A stretch of DNA of 64,000 nucleotides from a virus, in the IMG/VR virus record IMGVR_UViG_3300032323_002772, positions 4,432 through 68,431 of that record. One strand, given 5' to 3'. The number at the start of each line of letters is the position of its first letter. The first letter of the stretch is position 1. A program made the translations under genes and the position numbers. Below, piece by piece: positions 28,092 through 38,482 of this stretch. Below the pieces are notes generated by a model that saw nothing but the letters and a program-made list of their open reading frames with translations, did not search any database and had not been told where the DNA came from.

Positions 28092-30668
28092 ATGTATCAA
28101 TCAATATTTTACGAGGGCAAACCCAACTATAAATTTCATCTACGCGACGATAAGAAAGGCTGGAGCGAATTCAGCTACACTGTACCTCGCTTTGCTATTG
28201 ATCCAAATGGTCAATACCCAACATTAGATGGTAAACGAGCTAAATCCGTTACCAAATATGAATGGAACGATAATCATCTATATGAGTCTGATATTGATAG
28301 GCTAACTGCTGTATTAATTGATAAATACAAAGACAGTGATGATACTCCTGAATGGCAGAATATAGTTTACTTCGATATTGAGTGTGAGATTGGAGGTGCC
28401 TTAACTACAGAATACATTAAGACAGCACCAATGAAGATTACTTCAATCTCATTGTATGATGCTACAGCTAAAAAATATTACTGTCTAATATTAGACGAGA
28501 AAAAACAATTAACGTCTATTGATGAAGAAGATAAGCAGGTTATACCATGTGATGATGAAGAACAATTATTACGCTTATTCCTTGATTTATGGGAATCGGT
28601 TGATCCAACTATCATCACAGGATGGAATAGTGGATTCTTTGACGTTCCTTACCTGTATTATAGATTATGTAATGTATTAGGTAGAGATGAAGCTGCTCGT
28701 TTATCTCCAATCCGTAAAATTAAATTTACTGAATGGGATCAAGCTCAACCTATTGAATTAGGAGGTATTAATCACCTAGACTATCTATTACTATATAAGA
28801 AATATAATCCTAAAAACGAACCGTCTTACAAACTAGGTGATATAGGAACTAAATACGTTAATTTAGGTAAGATTGAATATGAAGGTAATTTAGATCGTTT
28901 ATTTAGAGAGGATGTAAATAAGTACATTGAATATAATATTCGTGACGTTGAAATTATTATTGAATTAGAAAAGAAATTCAAATTTATTGAATTAACAGTT
29001 GCTATCTGTCATTTGTGTCATGTGCCTTATGAAATGATTTATTTATCAACTGTACTGAATGATGGCGCTATATTAACTTACTTAAAACGTAACAATATAG
29101 TATCACCAAATAAACCAACTACTACTAATCCATCACTTAAAGAAGCACATGAAGAATATGCTGGTGGATACCTAAAAGATCCAGTACCAGGATTATATGA
29201 ATGGGTTATAGATTTGGACTTTACGTCGTTGTATCCGTCCATTATACGCTCGTTAAATATTGGTATTGAAACGTTCGTTGGACGAATAGTAAATAGAGAT
29301 AAATACGATAATAACTGGACATTAGATGATCTACGTCAAATGGATCCTAATGAAGTGATTACTATTGAGAAACTAACCCCAAGACAAACAACACAACAAG
29401 CACAAGTAAAAGTAGGTACTTTACTATCATTAATCCAGGAAAATGGATGGCTACTAGCAGCATCAGGTGCTATGTTTAGAACAGATCGTTCATCAGTTGT
29501 ATGTGAAGTATTAACTGATTGGTTTAATAAGCGTGTCGAATATAAAAATAAAATGAAGAAAGCCTATAAAGCAGGCGATGCTGTTAAAGGTGAATTCTAT
29601 AATCGTAGACAACACGCATATAAAATTAAATTGAATGACGTTTATGGTTGTTATGCTATTAATGGTTGGCGCTATACTGATGGCCATAAAATGATATCTA
29701 AAGCTATTACATTAACCGGTCAACGTGTAACACAAGAATCAATTAAGTTCTGTAATGAATGGATGAATACACAATTAGGTACTGAAAATAAAGATTATGT
29801 TGTTACTTCAGATACTGACTCATTATTTATTCAGGTTAAGGACTTAGTATTACAACGTTATCCTGAAACTAAAACTAAGGACGAATACATTAAAGCAACA
29901 TTAGAAATCACTACTGAAATACAAAAAGCAGCAAACGATAATATTGATCGTGTTACTAGAGATTATTTCAATGTTGGTACACGTGAGCATTATTTTGAAT
30001 TAAAGCAGGAAGTGATTATTGAAAGGGGTTACTTTGCAGGTAAACGTCGTTATGCAATGTACATTGTAAATAAGGAAGGTGTTACTGTTGATGAATTAGA
30101 TATGAAGGGATTAGACCTAATGAAATCAAATATGACTCCAATGTACTCTAAATTTGGAGAGAAATTGATCCAAGACATTATGTTTGGTAAACCTAAACCA
30201 GAAATTGATCAACAAATAATTGACTTTAAAAAATACGTTAAGGACATTCCTATCGATCAATTAGCTAAACCAACTGGGGTTAAGAATGTAGAATCATATA
30301 TTGAGCGTGCCCCTAAAGCAGGCGAAATATTTAGCATATTAAAACTAAAATGTCCTATCAATACTAAAGCTGCTATCTACTACAATGATCTACTTAAATT
30401 TAAAAAAGTAGATAAGCAATATCCTCGTTTTACCGTTGGAGATAAAATGAAATATATTCAATTAAAAACTAACCCATACAATATCGATGTAATTGGATTT
30501 ACAGGTAATGATCCTGATTTCATTAATAAGCTGATTGATGAATTTGCTGATAGAGAGGAGGGATTCGAATCAACATTATTAAATAAACTGAAAGGCATTT
30601 ATGAGGACTTAGGATGGAATTTCCCGTCATTAAACGATAAGGTAAATAAATTCTTTAAATTTGTTTAG
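28092..30668 (+). CDS. Family B DNA polymerase
   Basis: Exo I FDIE, GWNS.FFD, YNIRD; DFTSLYPSII; KIKLNDVYG; SDTDS. Confidence 0.95.
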   Translation: MYQSIFYEGKPNYKFHLRDDKKGWSEFSYTVPRFAIDPNGQYPTLDGKRAKSVTKYEWNDNHLYESDIDRLTAVLIDKYKDSDDTPEWQNIVYFDIECEIGGALTTEYIKTAPMKITSISLYDATAKKYYCLILDEKKQLTSIDEEDKQVIPCDDEEQLLRLFLDLWESVDPTIITGWNSGFFDVPYLYYRLCNVLGRDEAARLSPIRKIKFTEWDQAQPIELGGINHLDYLLLYKKYNPKNEPSYKLGDIGTKYVNLGKIEYEGNLDRLFREDVNKYIEYNIRDVEIIIELEKKFKFIELTVAICHLCHVPYEMIYLSTVLNDGAILTYLKRNNIVSPNKPTTTNPSLKEAHEEYAGGYLKDPVPGLYEWVIDLDFTSLYPSIIRSLNIGIETFVGRIVNRDKYDNNWTLDDLRQMDPNEVITIEKLTPRQTTQQAQVKVGTLLSLIQENGWLLAASGAMFRTDRSSVVCEVLTDWFNKRVEYKNKMKKAYKAGDAVKGEFYNRRQHAYKIKLNDVYGCYAINGWRYTDGHKMISKAITLTGQRVTQESIKFCNEWMNTQLGTENKDYVVTSDTDSLFIQVKDLVLQRYPETKTKDEYIKATLEITTEIQKAANDNIDRVTRDYFNVGTREHYFELKQEVIIERGYFAGKRRYAMYIVNKEGVTVDELDMKGLDLMKSNMTPMYSKFGEKLIQDIMFGKPKPEIDQQIIDFKKYVKDIPIDQLAKPTGVKNVESYIERAPKAGEIFSILKLKCPINTKAAIYYNDLLKFKKVDKQYPRFTVGDKMKYIQLKTNPYNIDVIGFTGNDPDFINKLIDEFADREEGFESTLLNKLKGIYEDLGWNFPSLNDKVNKFFKFV

Positions 30669-30695
30669 GCCAAATATTAATCATATATTAGCGTT

Positions 30696-31034
30696 ATGAA
30701 TTTATTAAAAGGTTTTATATTTGGTCTACTAGCCCAAATCGTTACATTTCTCCAACTACAAGGACAAATTAAATATGAGTGGTTTAAAAATAATACATTA
30801 TTAGTAGCGTGTATGGGAATACCCATTTCTCTATTATTTATGTATTCTGTGAAACACTTTGTAGCAGCATATGATGGTGCTATATGGCCTTCACGTTTAA
30901 TTGGGTTTGGAATTGGAGTAACAGTATTTACAATCATGTCTCATTATATGTTTAATGAACCACTAACTCCTAAAACACTTACTTGTTTGAGCCTAGGAGT
31001 TGTCATAATTTTAATTCAAATATTTTGGAAATAA
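30696..31034 (+). CDS. Four-TM membrane protein (SMR/DMT-like)
   Basis: Four hydrophobic helices; FNEPLT near C-terminus. Confidence 0.55.
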   Translation: MNLLKGFIFGLLAQIVTFLQLQGQIKYEWFKNNTLLVACMGIPISLLFMYSVKHFVAAYDGAIWPSRLIGFGIGVTVFTIMSHYMFNEPLTPKTLTCLSLGVVIILIQIFWK

Positions 31035-31035
31035 T

Positions 31036-31767
31036 ATGGAAAAACAATTACTAACATCAGTCATCGAAAAATATTACTTAGGTGGAATACACGAAAAAGT
31101 AAAATGGACTGTTAAGGATAAGAAAGTAACTATCCTATTTACATCTCAAACAAAGGATCTAGCTGGCTCGATTGAGGCACCTGAATTTGATATTGAAGAT
31201 TGTACTTTAGGTATTTACGACACAAATAAATTACTTAAACTAGTAAACATCACTAACCAATTTATTCAGCTAAACGTTGAAACCAAAAACGGTACATCAA
31301 CTAAGTTATCGATTGCTGATAATGAATACGATTTGGTTTACCATCTGGCCGATTTAAGAATGATGCCTATGGAAACAATGGTATTAGATGAAACACAAAT
31401 TGACTTTACTTATTCATTTGATATTGATAGTGAATTTATCGAGCGTTACAATAAAGCTAAAAAAGCATTAGGTAGCGATGAAGTTAAAATACAAGCATTA
31501 ATAAACGACAGTGGCGATAAAGGTATTTACTTTACATTAGGAGGTAAAACCTCACACGATGATAAGATTAGCTTCCAAGCTGCTGCTAGTAAAATGGAAT
31601 TACCATCTCCCGAATTTCAGTTTAATGCAAATTATTTATTCGAAATATTTACAGAGAATAAAGGCGCTCAGGGTACAGGTTACTTTGATGAAAATGGAAT
31701 ATTGAAATTAGAGTTTATAGACGAAAACTCTATCAAAGCCTTATATTATCTCCCACCGAAGAACTAA
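31036..31767 (+). CDS. Sliding clamp (T4 gp45-like)
   Basis: 243 aa, GIYDTNKLLKL, beta-rich; near PolB and clamp loader. Confidence 0.7.
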   Translation: MEKQLLTSVIEKYYLGGIHEKVKWTVKDKKVTILFTSQTKDLAGSIEAPEFDIEDCTLGIYDTNKLLKLVNITNQFIQLNVETKNGTSTKLSIADNEYDLVYHLADLRMMPMETMVLDETQIDFTYSFDIDSEFIERYNKAKKALGSDEVKIQALINDSGDKGIYFTLGGKTSHDDKISFQAAASKMELPSPEFQFNANYLFEIFTENKGAQGTGYFDENGILKLEFIDENSIKALYYLPPKN

Positions 31768-31787
31768 TCCGTATATATTTATTAGCG

Positions 31788-32324
31788 AGATACGACAGGT
31801 CTCAGTTATGATATATTAATTAACCGCTCACCTTAGGGGAGCACAAATGTAAAAAAATGACACAAATACCTCGTGGATTTGAACATTGGGCATTAGACCC
31901 ATTCGACATCGTTTGGAAGAACTTCTTCGATTCAAACGCACAATTTAACACACTAGAAAACAAAATCAACTATCCAGTTGATATTTACGAAACAGGAAAC
32001 GGTTTACGTTTCGAATTAGCAGTAGTAGGTCTCGATCAAGAAGACTTAGACATTCAAGTAGAGGGAGATACCCTTAGAATCGCACACGACAGAAAGACAG
32101 CAAATGACGTCCGCCCTTATATTCAAAGGGGTATTGCTAGACGCTCATTTGATTTAGCATGGAAAGTAGCAGGTAAATTTGACTTAGCTCAATTAACAGC
32201 TACAATGGATAAAGGCTTGTTAATTATTGATATTCCTTTATCAGAAGAAAGAGCACCAAAGAAAATAGAAATTAAAGTTCCGAAGAAAAAATAAGTTTTG
32301 AAATCAAGAAGACCTGTCGTATCT
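31788..32324. repeat. Perfect 15-bp inverted repeat bracketing hsp20
   Basis: AGATACGACAGGTCT (31788-31802) and AGACCTGTCGTATCT (32310-32324). Confidence 0.9.
31857..32294 (+). CDS. Small heat shock protein (Hsp20/IbpA family)
   Basis: YPVDIYE, ELAVVG, RGIARRSF, ATMDKGLLII, PKKIEI. Confidence 0.9.
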   Translation: MTQIPRGFEHWALDPFDIVWKNFFDSNAQFNTLENKINYPVDIYETGNGLRFELAVVGLDQEDLDIQVEGDTLRIAHDRKTANDVRPYIQRGIARRSFDLAWKVAGKFDLAQLTATMDKGLLIIDIPLSEERAPKKIEIKVPKKK

Positions 32325-32350
32325 TTAATTTAATTAACTAAAGTTATAAT

Positions 32351-32644
32351 ATGAAAATAAAACCGTTACACAATCACGTAGTGATTAAACAACAAGACGA
32401 AACTGAAACAATGTATGGTAACATTGTAGTACCTGATATGGGTAAAGAAAAACCATTAATGGGTGAAGTAGTAGCAGTAGGACCTGGTGTCTATTCTATT
32501 ACTGGAGAATGCTTTATTGAAACCAAAATTGAAGTAGGTGAAACGGTAGTGTTTCCTGCCTTTGGTGGAACCAAAATGACCGTTGAAGGAGAAGAATTCA
32601 TTGTAATGAAAGAATCTGATTTGTTGGCAATTTTAGAAAAATAA
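32351..32644 (+). CDS. groES: Co-chaperonin GroES
   Basis: MKIKPLHNHVVIK, KEKPLMGEVVAVGPG, ESDLLAIL. Confidence 0.92.
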   Translation: MKIKPLHNHVVIKQQDETETMYGNIVVPDMGKEKPLMGEVVAVGPGVYSITGECFIETKIEVGETVVFPAFGGTKMTVEGEEFIVMKESDLLAILEK

Positions 32645-32647
32645 GAT

Positions 32648-34267
32648 ATGAGTAAAATAATAAAATTTAATCGCGAAGCGAAAGAAAAACTACAAGCAGG
32701 TATTGATAAAGTAAATAACGCTGTAGCAGTTACGATGGGTCCTTTTGGACGTAATGTACTAATTGAAAAAGAACATGGACAAGTAAGTAGCACTAAGGAT
32801 GGTGTTACAGTTGCTAAAACAATTTCATTGGAAGATCCAATTGAAAATATGGCTGCAACAGTAATTAAGCAAGCAGCATCTAAAACAGTTGATGCAGCTG
32901 GTGATGGTACAACTACATCTACTGTATTGGCTCATGCTATTGCTAAACAAGCATTAGATATTACTGCTCATTCATCTACTAATGCTACTCAAGTAAAACG
33001 TGGTATCGAAGAGGCTGTTAAAATAATAGTTGCTGAATTAAAGAAAATGTCTGTAGACATTACTGATGAAAAGCAAATTAAACAAATTGCCACTCTATCA
33101 GCTAATGGCGATACCGAAATTGGAGAATTAGTAGCTACAGCTATTGATAAAGTAGGTAGAGACGGAATTGTAACAGTTGAAGAATCTAGATCAGGTGAAA
33201 CTGAACTTGAAGTAGTAGAGGGATTACAATTCGATAGAGGTTATAAATCACCTTATATGGTGACTGATAACAACACAATGCAATCAATTTTAAATGATGC
33301 CTTTGTATTGCTATATGATGGTCGTTTAAGTGCAATTAAGGATTTACTTCCTGTTCTTGAGCGTGTATCATCTGATAATAAAGCATTATTGATTGTAGCT
33401 GAAGATATTGATGGTGAAGCACTATCTACTCTTATTGTAAATAAAATGAGAGGTATCTTGAAAGTAGCTGCTGTTAAAGCACCTGACTTTGGAGAACGTA
33501 GAACGTTAATTTTAGAAGATATTGCTACTGTAACTGGTGGTACTGTAATTTCACCTGCTAAAGGTATGAAATTAGAACGCTTCAATATGGAGTGGTTAGG
33601 TAAAGCTAGAACAATTACTGTAGGTAAAGATACTACTACTATTGTTGATGGTAAAGGAGGTGAAGATAAAATTAACGAGCGTATTTTAGAAATCAAATCT
33701 CAGATTGAAGGATCTAATTCACCATATGAGGTAGAACGTTTACAAGATCGTTTAGCTAAAATCGTTGGTGGTGTAGCTATTATTAATGTAGGTGGTGGTA
33801 CTGAAATTGAGATGAAAGAAAAGAAAGATCGTATCGATGACGCTTTACAAGCTACAAAAGCCGCTCTTGAAGAAGGTGTATTACCAGGTGCTGGTGTAGC
33901 ATTACTACAAGCAAGAAAAGCTCTTGATATTAACAACTCAGGTAATGATGATAAGAATAAAGGTAAACAAATTGTATTTGTAGCTTGTGGAAAACCATTT
34001 AAACAAATCTTAACAAACGCTGGTGAAGATCATAATAATTGGTGGATGCAATTAATTAAAACCATTAATATGGTTCCTAATATTGCCGATGGAACAATAG
34101 TAGACGCATTTGAATCAGGTATTATCGATCCTACTAAAGTAGTACGTTGTGCCCTTGAAAATGCTGCTCACGCTGCGGTTACATTGTTGATGACTGAATG
34201 TGTTATCCACGATAAGCCAACAGAGAAAAAGAAAGACGAACTTGATTTATCATCATTAGGAATGTAA
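32648..34267 (+). CDS. groEL: Chaperonin GroEL
   Basis: TMGPFGRNV, TKDGVTVAK, AGDGTTT, GLQFDRGY, GIIDPTKV. Confidence 0.95.
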   Translation: MSKIIKFNREAKEKLQAGIDKVNNAVAVTMGPFGRNVLIEKEHGQVSSTKDGVTVAKTISLEDPIENMAATVIKQAASKTVDAAGDGTTTSTVLAHAIAKQALDITAHSSTNATQVKRGIEEAVKIIVAELKKMSVDITDEKQIKQIATLSANGDTEIGELVATAIDKVGRDGIVTVEESRSGETELEVVEGLQFDRGYKSPYMVTDNNTMQSILNDAFVLLYDGRLSAIKDLLPVLERVSSDNKALLIVAEDIDGEALSTLIVNKMRGILKVAAVKAPDFGERRTLILEDIATVTGGTVISPAKGMKLERFNMEWLGKARTITVGKDTTTIVDGKGGEDKINERILEIKSQIEGSNSPYEVERLQDRLAKIVGGVAIINVGGGTEIEMKEKKDRIDDALQATKAALEEGVLPGAGVALLQARKALDINNSGNDDKNKGKQIVFVACGKPFKQILTNAGEDHNNWWMQLIKTINMVPNIADGTIVDAFESGIIDPTKVVRCALENAAHAAVTLLMTECVIHDKPTEKKKDELDLSSLGM

Positions 34268-34268
34268 T

Positions 34269-34877
34269 ATGAATGTACATTATATTTGGATAGGAAATAA
34301 AGAAATACCAACTAATTATCTAACTAATTTTAGAAACTGTGCGGCCCTAAACCCACAGCTTACTTTTACTATTTGGAAAACTGAAGATTGTCTTCAATTA
34401 GTAGAAGAACATGGATTAACAGATACTTTTAGTCCTTTATCATTTATCAGTAAATGTAATTTTTTAAAGTACCTTGTATTACACAAGTATGGGGGTATTT
34501 ATTCTGATTTTGATATTGAATGGAAACAACCATTTGCCAAAATAATAAATAATTATAACTTCCCTGGAGGATCAGATCTAGTATTAACATCAATAGACCC
34601 TACTTTAATGGATGACCCATTTATTATTAGTAAACCAGGTATATTAGGTAGTTTAATTACATATTGTAAAAACAGAACTAACCTAAAATATGATGGAGAA
34701 TTATATAAAAAAACAGGCCAACTGCAAACACATCGTTTAGAGCCATTTGGTCCGTTTGGGTTAACAGAGTGGGTAAGAGCTAATAATATTAACTTTACTT
34801 ATTTCCCTCAGGAAACCTTACTAGATCATAACGGATTTTTAGGTGTGCATCACCAAAAAAGTACTTGGAAGCTTTAA
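34269..34877 (+). CDS. Glycosyltransferase, GT32 (OCH1-like, DXD)
   Basis: VHYIWIG, LHKYGGIYSDFD, FGPFGLT. Confidence 0.8.
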   Translation: MNVHYIWIGNKEIPTNYLTNFRNCAALNPQLTFTIWKTEDCLQLVEEHGLTDTFSPLSFISKCNFLKYLVLHKYGGIYSDFDIEWKQPFAKIINNYNFPGGSDLVLTSIDPTLMDDPFIISKPGILGSLITYCKNRTNLKYDGELYKKTGQLQTHRLEPFGPFGLTEWVRANNINFTYFPQETLLDHNGFLGVHHQKSTWKL

Positions 34878-34908
34878 TTGGGCAGAACTAGTACATTATA
34901 TTCATAAT

Positions 34909-35274
34909 ATGAAAAAATTATATTTGGATGATATCCGCATCCCACAAACCGAGGGATGGAATATTATTCGCAATTACGATGATTTCGTAGCGTGGGTTAG
35001 ATTAAATGGTGTGCCTGATGAAGTATCATTCGATCACGATTTAGGAGAAGATGTAGCTAAAGCAAAGGTAGAGGCAGGAATGTCTAAACGCAAAGCAAGA
35101 GAGCAGAAAAAGGAAACTAAAAGTGGATATGACGCTGCTAAATGGTTAGGTGAATATTGTCTTGATAAGAACATTCCGTTTCCAAAATGGAATTGTCATT
35201 CTGCAAATCCTATTGGAAAGGCAAATATAGAAGCGTATATTTCAAATGTAATTAAACATCAAAATCAGTTATGA
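34909..35274 (+). CDS. Standalone receiver-like (cyclic-phosphate processing REC) protein
   Basis: LYLDDIR.P, VSFDHDLG, KSGYD, HSANPIG. Confidence 0.7.
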   Translation: MKKLYLDDIRIPQTEGWNIIRNYDDFVAWVRLNGVPDEVSFDHDLGEDVAKAKVEAGMSKRKAREQKKETKSGYDAAKWLGEYCLDKNIPFPKWNCHSANPIGKANIEAYISNVIKHQNQL

Positions 35275-36191
35275 AACAACATTCACTTTGGATCGAGAAA
35301 TACAGGTCAGAAAATTTAGAACAATACATAGGCAACGATGCGATTAAATACCGTATCGCTGCCTGTATTGCTTCAAACGATATACCTCACTTTATATTTA
35401 GTGGCACTGCAGGTACTGGTAAAACAACATTAGCAAAACTTATAGTTAAAAACATCAAATGTGATTATCTATATTTGAATGCTAGTGATGAAAATGGTAT
35501 TGATGTAATTAGAGATAAAGTAAAAGGATTTGCATCCACATCAACATTCCAACCGCTTAAGGTTGTCATTCTAGATGAGGCTGATTTCCTAACTCAGCCC
35601 GCACAAGCAGCGCTTCGTAACCTAATTGAAGAGTATTCAATCACAACTCGATTTGTACTTACTTGTAATTACATTGAACGTTTGATTGAACCTCTTCAAT
35701 CACGCTGTGAAATTCATGTTTTAAAACCACCAACTAAAGGTGCTGTTGCAAAACATATTTGCACTAACATCCTAGATGTTGAAGGTGTTAAATATGAACT
35801 TTCTGATGTTGCATTGTTAGTTAAAGAATTCTATCCTGATGTTCGCTCAATCATTAAAAACCTACAAGCAGGTGTTAAAGATAGTAAATATGAATGGATT
35901 GCTCTTAATACTGATTGGCTTGCTGCTATAGTAGAGGTATTGAAATCTAGAGATAACAAAGCATGGTATACTATTAGACAAATAGTAGCTGATGCTCAGG
36001 TAGATGATTTCCAAGCAGCATACAAATATCTATTTGATAATCTAGATAAATTCAGTTACGGACACGATGCTGAATTATCGATTGTACTAGATGAACATAT
36101 CTGGAGAGCAGGTGTAGTGCCTGATAAGGAAATTAACTTTGCTGCATCAATAGCAAAAATATTAGAAACAACTAAAAAACAAGTAATATGA
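35271..36191 (+). CDS. Clamp loader ATPase (RFC / gp44-like)
   Basis: LWIEKYR, GTAGTGKT, LNASDENG, ILDEAD, LQSRC. Confidence 0.92.
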   Translation: MKQHSLWIEKYRSENLEQYIGNDAIKYRIAACIASNDIPHFIFSGTAGTGKTTLAKLIVKNIKCDYLYLNASDENGIDVIRDKVKGFASTSTFQPLKVVILDEADFLTQPAQAALRNLIEEYSITTRFVLTCNYIERLIEPLQSRCEIHVLKPPTKGAVAKHICTNILDVEGVKYELSDVALLVKEFYPDVRSIIKNLQAGVKDSKYEWIALNTDWLAAIVEVLKSRDNKAWYTIRQIVADAQVDDFQAAYKYLFDNLDKFSYGHDAELSIVLDEHIWRAGVVPDKEINFAASIAKILETTKKQVI

Positions 36192-36445
36192 GTCAATTTG
36201 ACCCTCAACAACAACAAGTAAACATAGCAGCTACACTTCCTATAGTATGTGAAGATTGTGGTAATGAAACATTTAAAGAGGTAATGTACATGCGTAAAGA
36301 ATCTCGTTTAGCATCTGGTCTACCAATGGATAGAATGGTACCTATTCAATTAATTGCCTGTGATAAATGCGGTACTTTTCTTGAAGACTTCATTCCAGCA
36401 CCGTTAAAACAATTCTATGGTAAATCTGCTAATCAAAATATTTAA
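36188..36445 (+). CDS. Zn-ribbon hypothetical protein
   Basis: CEDC...CDKC. Confidence 0.6.
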   Translation: MSQFDPQQQQVNIAATLPIVCEDCGNETFKEVMYMRKESRLASGLPMDRMVPIQLIACDKCGTFLEDFIPAPLKQFYGKSANQNI

Positions 36446-36455
36446 TAAACACAAA

Positions 36456-36674
36456 ATGAAATCACAAGAACTACAAACTGAAAATGAGCAATTAAAAGCC
36501 CAAGTAATAGGCTTATCAGAAACCCTTAAAGCATCTGATAATAAAATTAAATTTCTAGAAACAGAAATTCAGAATATTTTCCAAAAATATCAAGATGTTT
36601 TGGCTGAGCTAAACCACCTTAATATGTTGAAGACAAATTCTAATAAAAACCAAAACGATTCAAGGAACTATTAA
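36456..36674 (+). CDS. Small coiled-coil protein
   Basis: Heptad pattern. Confidence 0.55.
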   Translation: MKSQELQTENEQLKAQVIGLSETLKASDNKIKFLETEIQNIFQKYQDVLAELNHLNMLKTNSNKNQNDSRNY

Positions 36675-37045
36675 TGAATATATTTGACCATATTAAAAAC
36701 ATTACAACTAATAAGGGACCATACTTAGGTGACGAAGGTTGGAACAACTGGATGATTAATCGTTATCTTAGTATGGACCCCGATTACTGTGAGGTAGTTA
36801 ATTATGTTCAAAAGAATACTTGGCAGATGAAAGGAGTATACTTATACAATCTATATAAGGATCTTATTCCAAAGCAATACAAGTATCTTAAATATATTAA
36901 AGCCAAGAATAAAAAGGAATATAAAGTAGAACAAATAGAAGCAGTAGCTGCTTACTATGAAATTAGTAAAAAGGAAGCTAAAGAATATATTGATATGCTC
37001 CCTAAAGATGAACTAGAAAATATAATATTACAAATCAATGGGTAG
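36674..37045 (+). CDS. Clamp loader small subunit (gp62-like)
   Basis: WMINRYLSM, LIPK...YLKYIK, VAAYYEISKKEAKEY. Confidence 0.7.
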   Translation: MNIFDHIKNITTNKGPYLGDEGWNNWMINRYLSMDPDYCEVVNYVQKNTWQMKGVYLYNLYKDLIPKQYKYLKYIKAKNKKEYKVEQIEAVAAYYEISKKEAKEYIDMLPKDELENIILQING

Positions 37046-37328
37046 ACAAATTAATAACGAAACTGATTATAGAAACTATTTAGTCGAAATGGAACAACAA
37101 CAAGAAGATACATTCCAACCTGATTCAATAGTAACATCCATTATAGGTCAATTTATTGATCGTTCTAAAAAAGGTAAAGCAAAATATGGTGTTGATTTAG
37201 ATCGTACTGATTTAGAATTAATAGAATGGATAGAACATGCTAAACAAGAGCATATGGATGCTATCTTATATTTAGAAAAAATTAAACAAGACTTAATAAT
37301 AAGTGGCAGCCAAGAAAAAGTTATCTGA
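37038..37328 (+). CDS. Hypothetical protein (possible MazG-like all-alpha fold)
   Basis: KYGVDLDRTDL...WIEHAKQEHMDAILYL. Confidence 0.55.
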   Translation: MGRQINNETDYRNYLVEMEQQQEDTFQPDSIVTSIIGQFIDRSKKGKAKYGVDLDRTDLELIEWIEHAKQEHMDAILYLEKIKQDLIISGSQEKVI

Positions 37329-38250
37329 GATAGAGCTTAAAATAAAAAACTACCAGAAACCTGAGATTAATCATGCATTCCAAAGAAGCGTGTCTTATTC
37401 TCAGTTTTCTATGTGGGCGTCATGTCCTCATAAGTGGTATCTTACTTACGTAGAGAACAAACAACCATACCAGGCTAGCATACACACTGTATTCGGAACA
37501 GCATTTCACGAAACGATACAAGACTACATTACAGTAATGTATAATGAGAGTGGAGCTGCAGCTGATAGAATGGATTTAATTAACTTATTCCAGTCTAAAT
37601 TTGCAGAGGTATATGCTAAAGAATATAAAGCAGCAGGTGCACACTTCACCAATGCTGAGGAAATGGGTGAATTCTTCGATGATGCAGTAGCGATATTAAC
37701 ATTTATTAAGAAAAACCGTAATAAACTATTTACTATACGTAAAATGCGCTTACTTGGTATAGAGATACCCCTATTACTAAATGTAGCTAACAACGTTTAT
37801 TTAAAAGGTTTCATTGACTTCGTACTATACGATGAAGAATTAGATAAAATCTACATATATGACATCAAAACATCAACACGAGGATGGAGCGATAAAGAAA
37901 AGAAAGACGATAGTAAAATTGCTCAAATCTTACTATACAAGGAGTACTTTTCAAAACAATTTGGGACGGATGTTGAAAAAATCGAAGTCGAATACTTCAT
38001 CGTTAAACGAAAAATCTGGGAACAATCCGAATATGCTATCCCTAGAACCCAATCCTTCAAACCAGCAAGTGGGAAAAATAAGCGTAAACAAGCAGTAGAT
38101 AACTTTCAATCATTTATTAAAGATTGCTTTGATGAAGGTGGAAAACCTCAATTAAAGTCGTACCTTAAAAATGTAGGTGAAAGCAGCTGCAAATGGTGCC
38201 CTTATAAAGACTCACCAGAACTTTGCGATAAAGTTGCGTCCTCCGTATAG
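37303..38250 (+). CDS. PD-(D/E)XK exonuclease (RecB/Cas4-like)
   Basis: SYSQ...CPHKW, FGTAFHE, GFID, YDIKTS, Q..LY, CKWCPY. Confidence 0.85.
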   Translation: MAAKKKLSEIELKIKNYQKPEINHAFQRSVSYSQFSMWASCPHKWYLTYVENKQPYQASIHTVFGTAFHETIQDYITVMYNESGAAADRMDLINLFQSKFAEVYAKEYKAAGAHFTNAEEMGEFFDDAVAILTFIKKNRNKLFTIRKMRLLGIEIPLLLNVANNVYLKGFIDFVLYDEELDKIYIYDIKTSTRGWSDKEKKDDSKIAQILLYKEYFSKQFGTDVEKIEVEYFIVKRKIWEQSEYAIPRTQSFKPASGKNKRKQAVDNFQSFIKDCFDEGGKPQLKSYLKNVGESSCKWCPYKDSPELCDKVASSV

Positions 38251-38279
38251 TCGTATATATTTATATCAAATATAATATT

Positions 38280-38474
38280 ATGGGAAACAAAATGCAATTA
38301 ACAAGCGTGAAAGTTCCTGAAGATTTATTTGAGCAATTCAAAATTGCATGTGTAAAATACAAATTCAGCGTACAAAAATTAACAGAACGCTCAATGTACT
38401 TATACCTAACAAATGAAGATTTCAGAAAAACAATTCACAATCAACTAGACACACAATTTACAGGAAGTATTTAA
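38280..38474 (+). CDS. Ribbon-helix-helix-like small DNA-binding protein
   Basis: LTSVKVPEDLFEQFKIAC. Confidence 0.6.
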   Translation: MGNKMQLTSVKVPEDLFEQFKIACVKYKFSVQKLTERSMYLYLTNEDFRKTIHNQLDTQFTGSI

Positions 38475-38482
38475 ATTAGTTT

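Noticed and set aside
37303-38250. Cas4 as part of a CRISPR-Cas system
   Set aside because: Standalone PD-(D/E)XK exonuclease in the replication module; no cas1/cas2 or array
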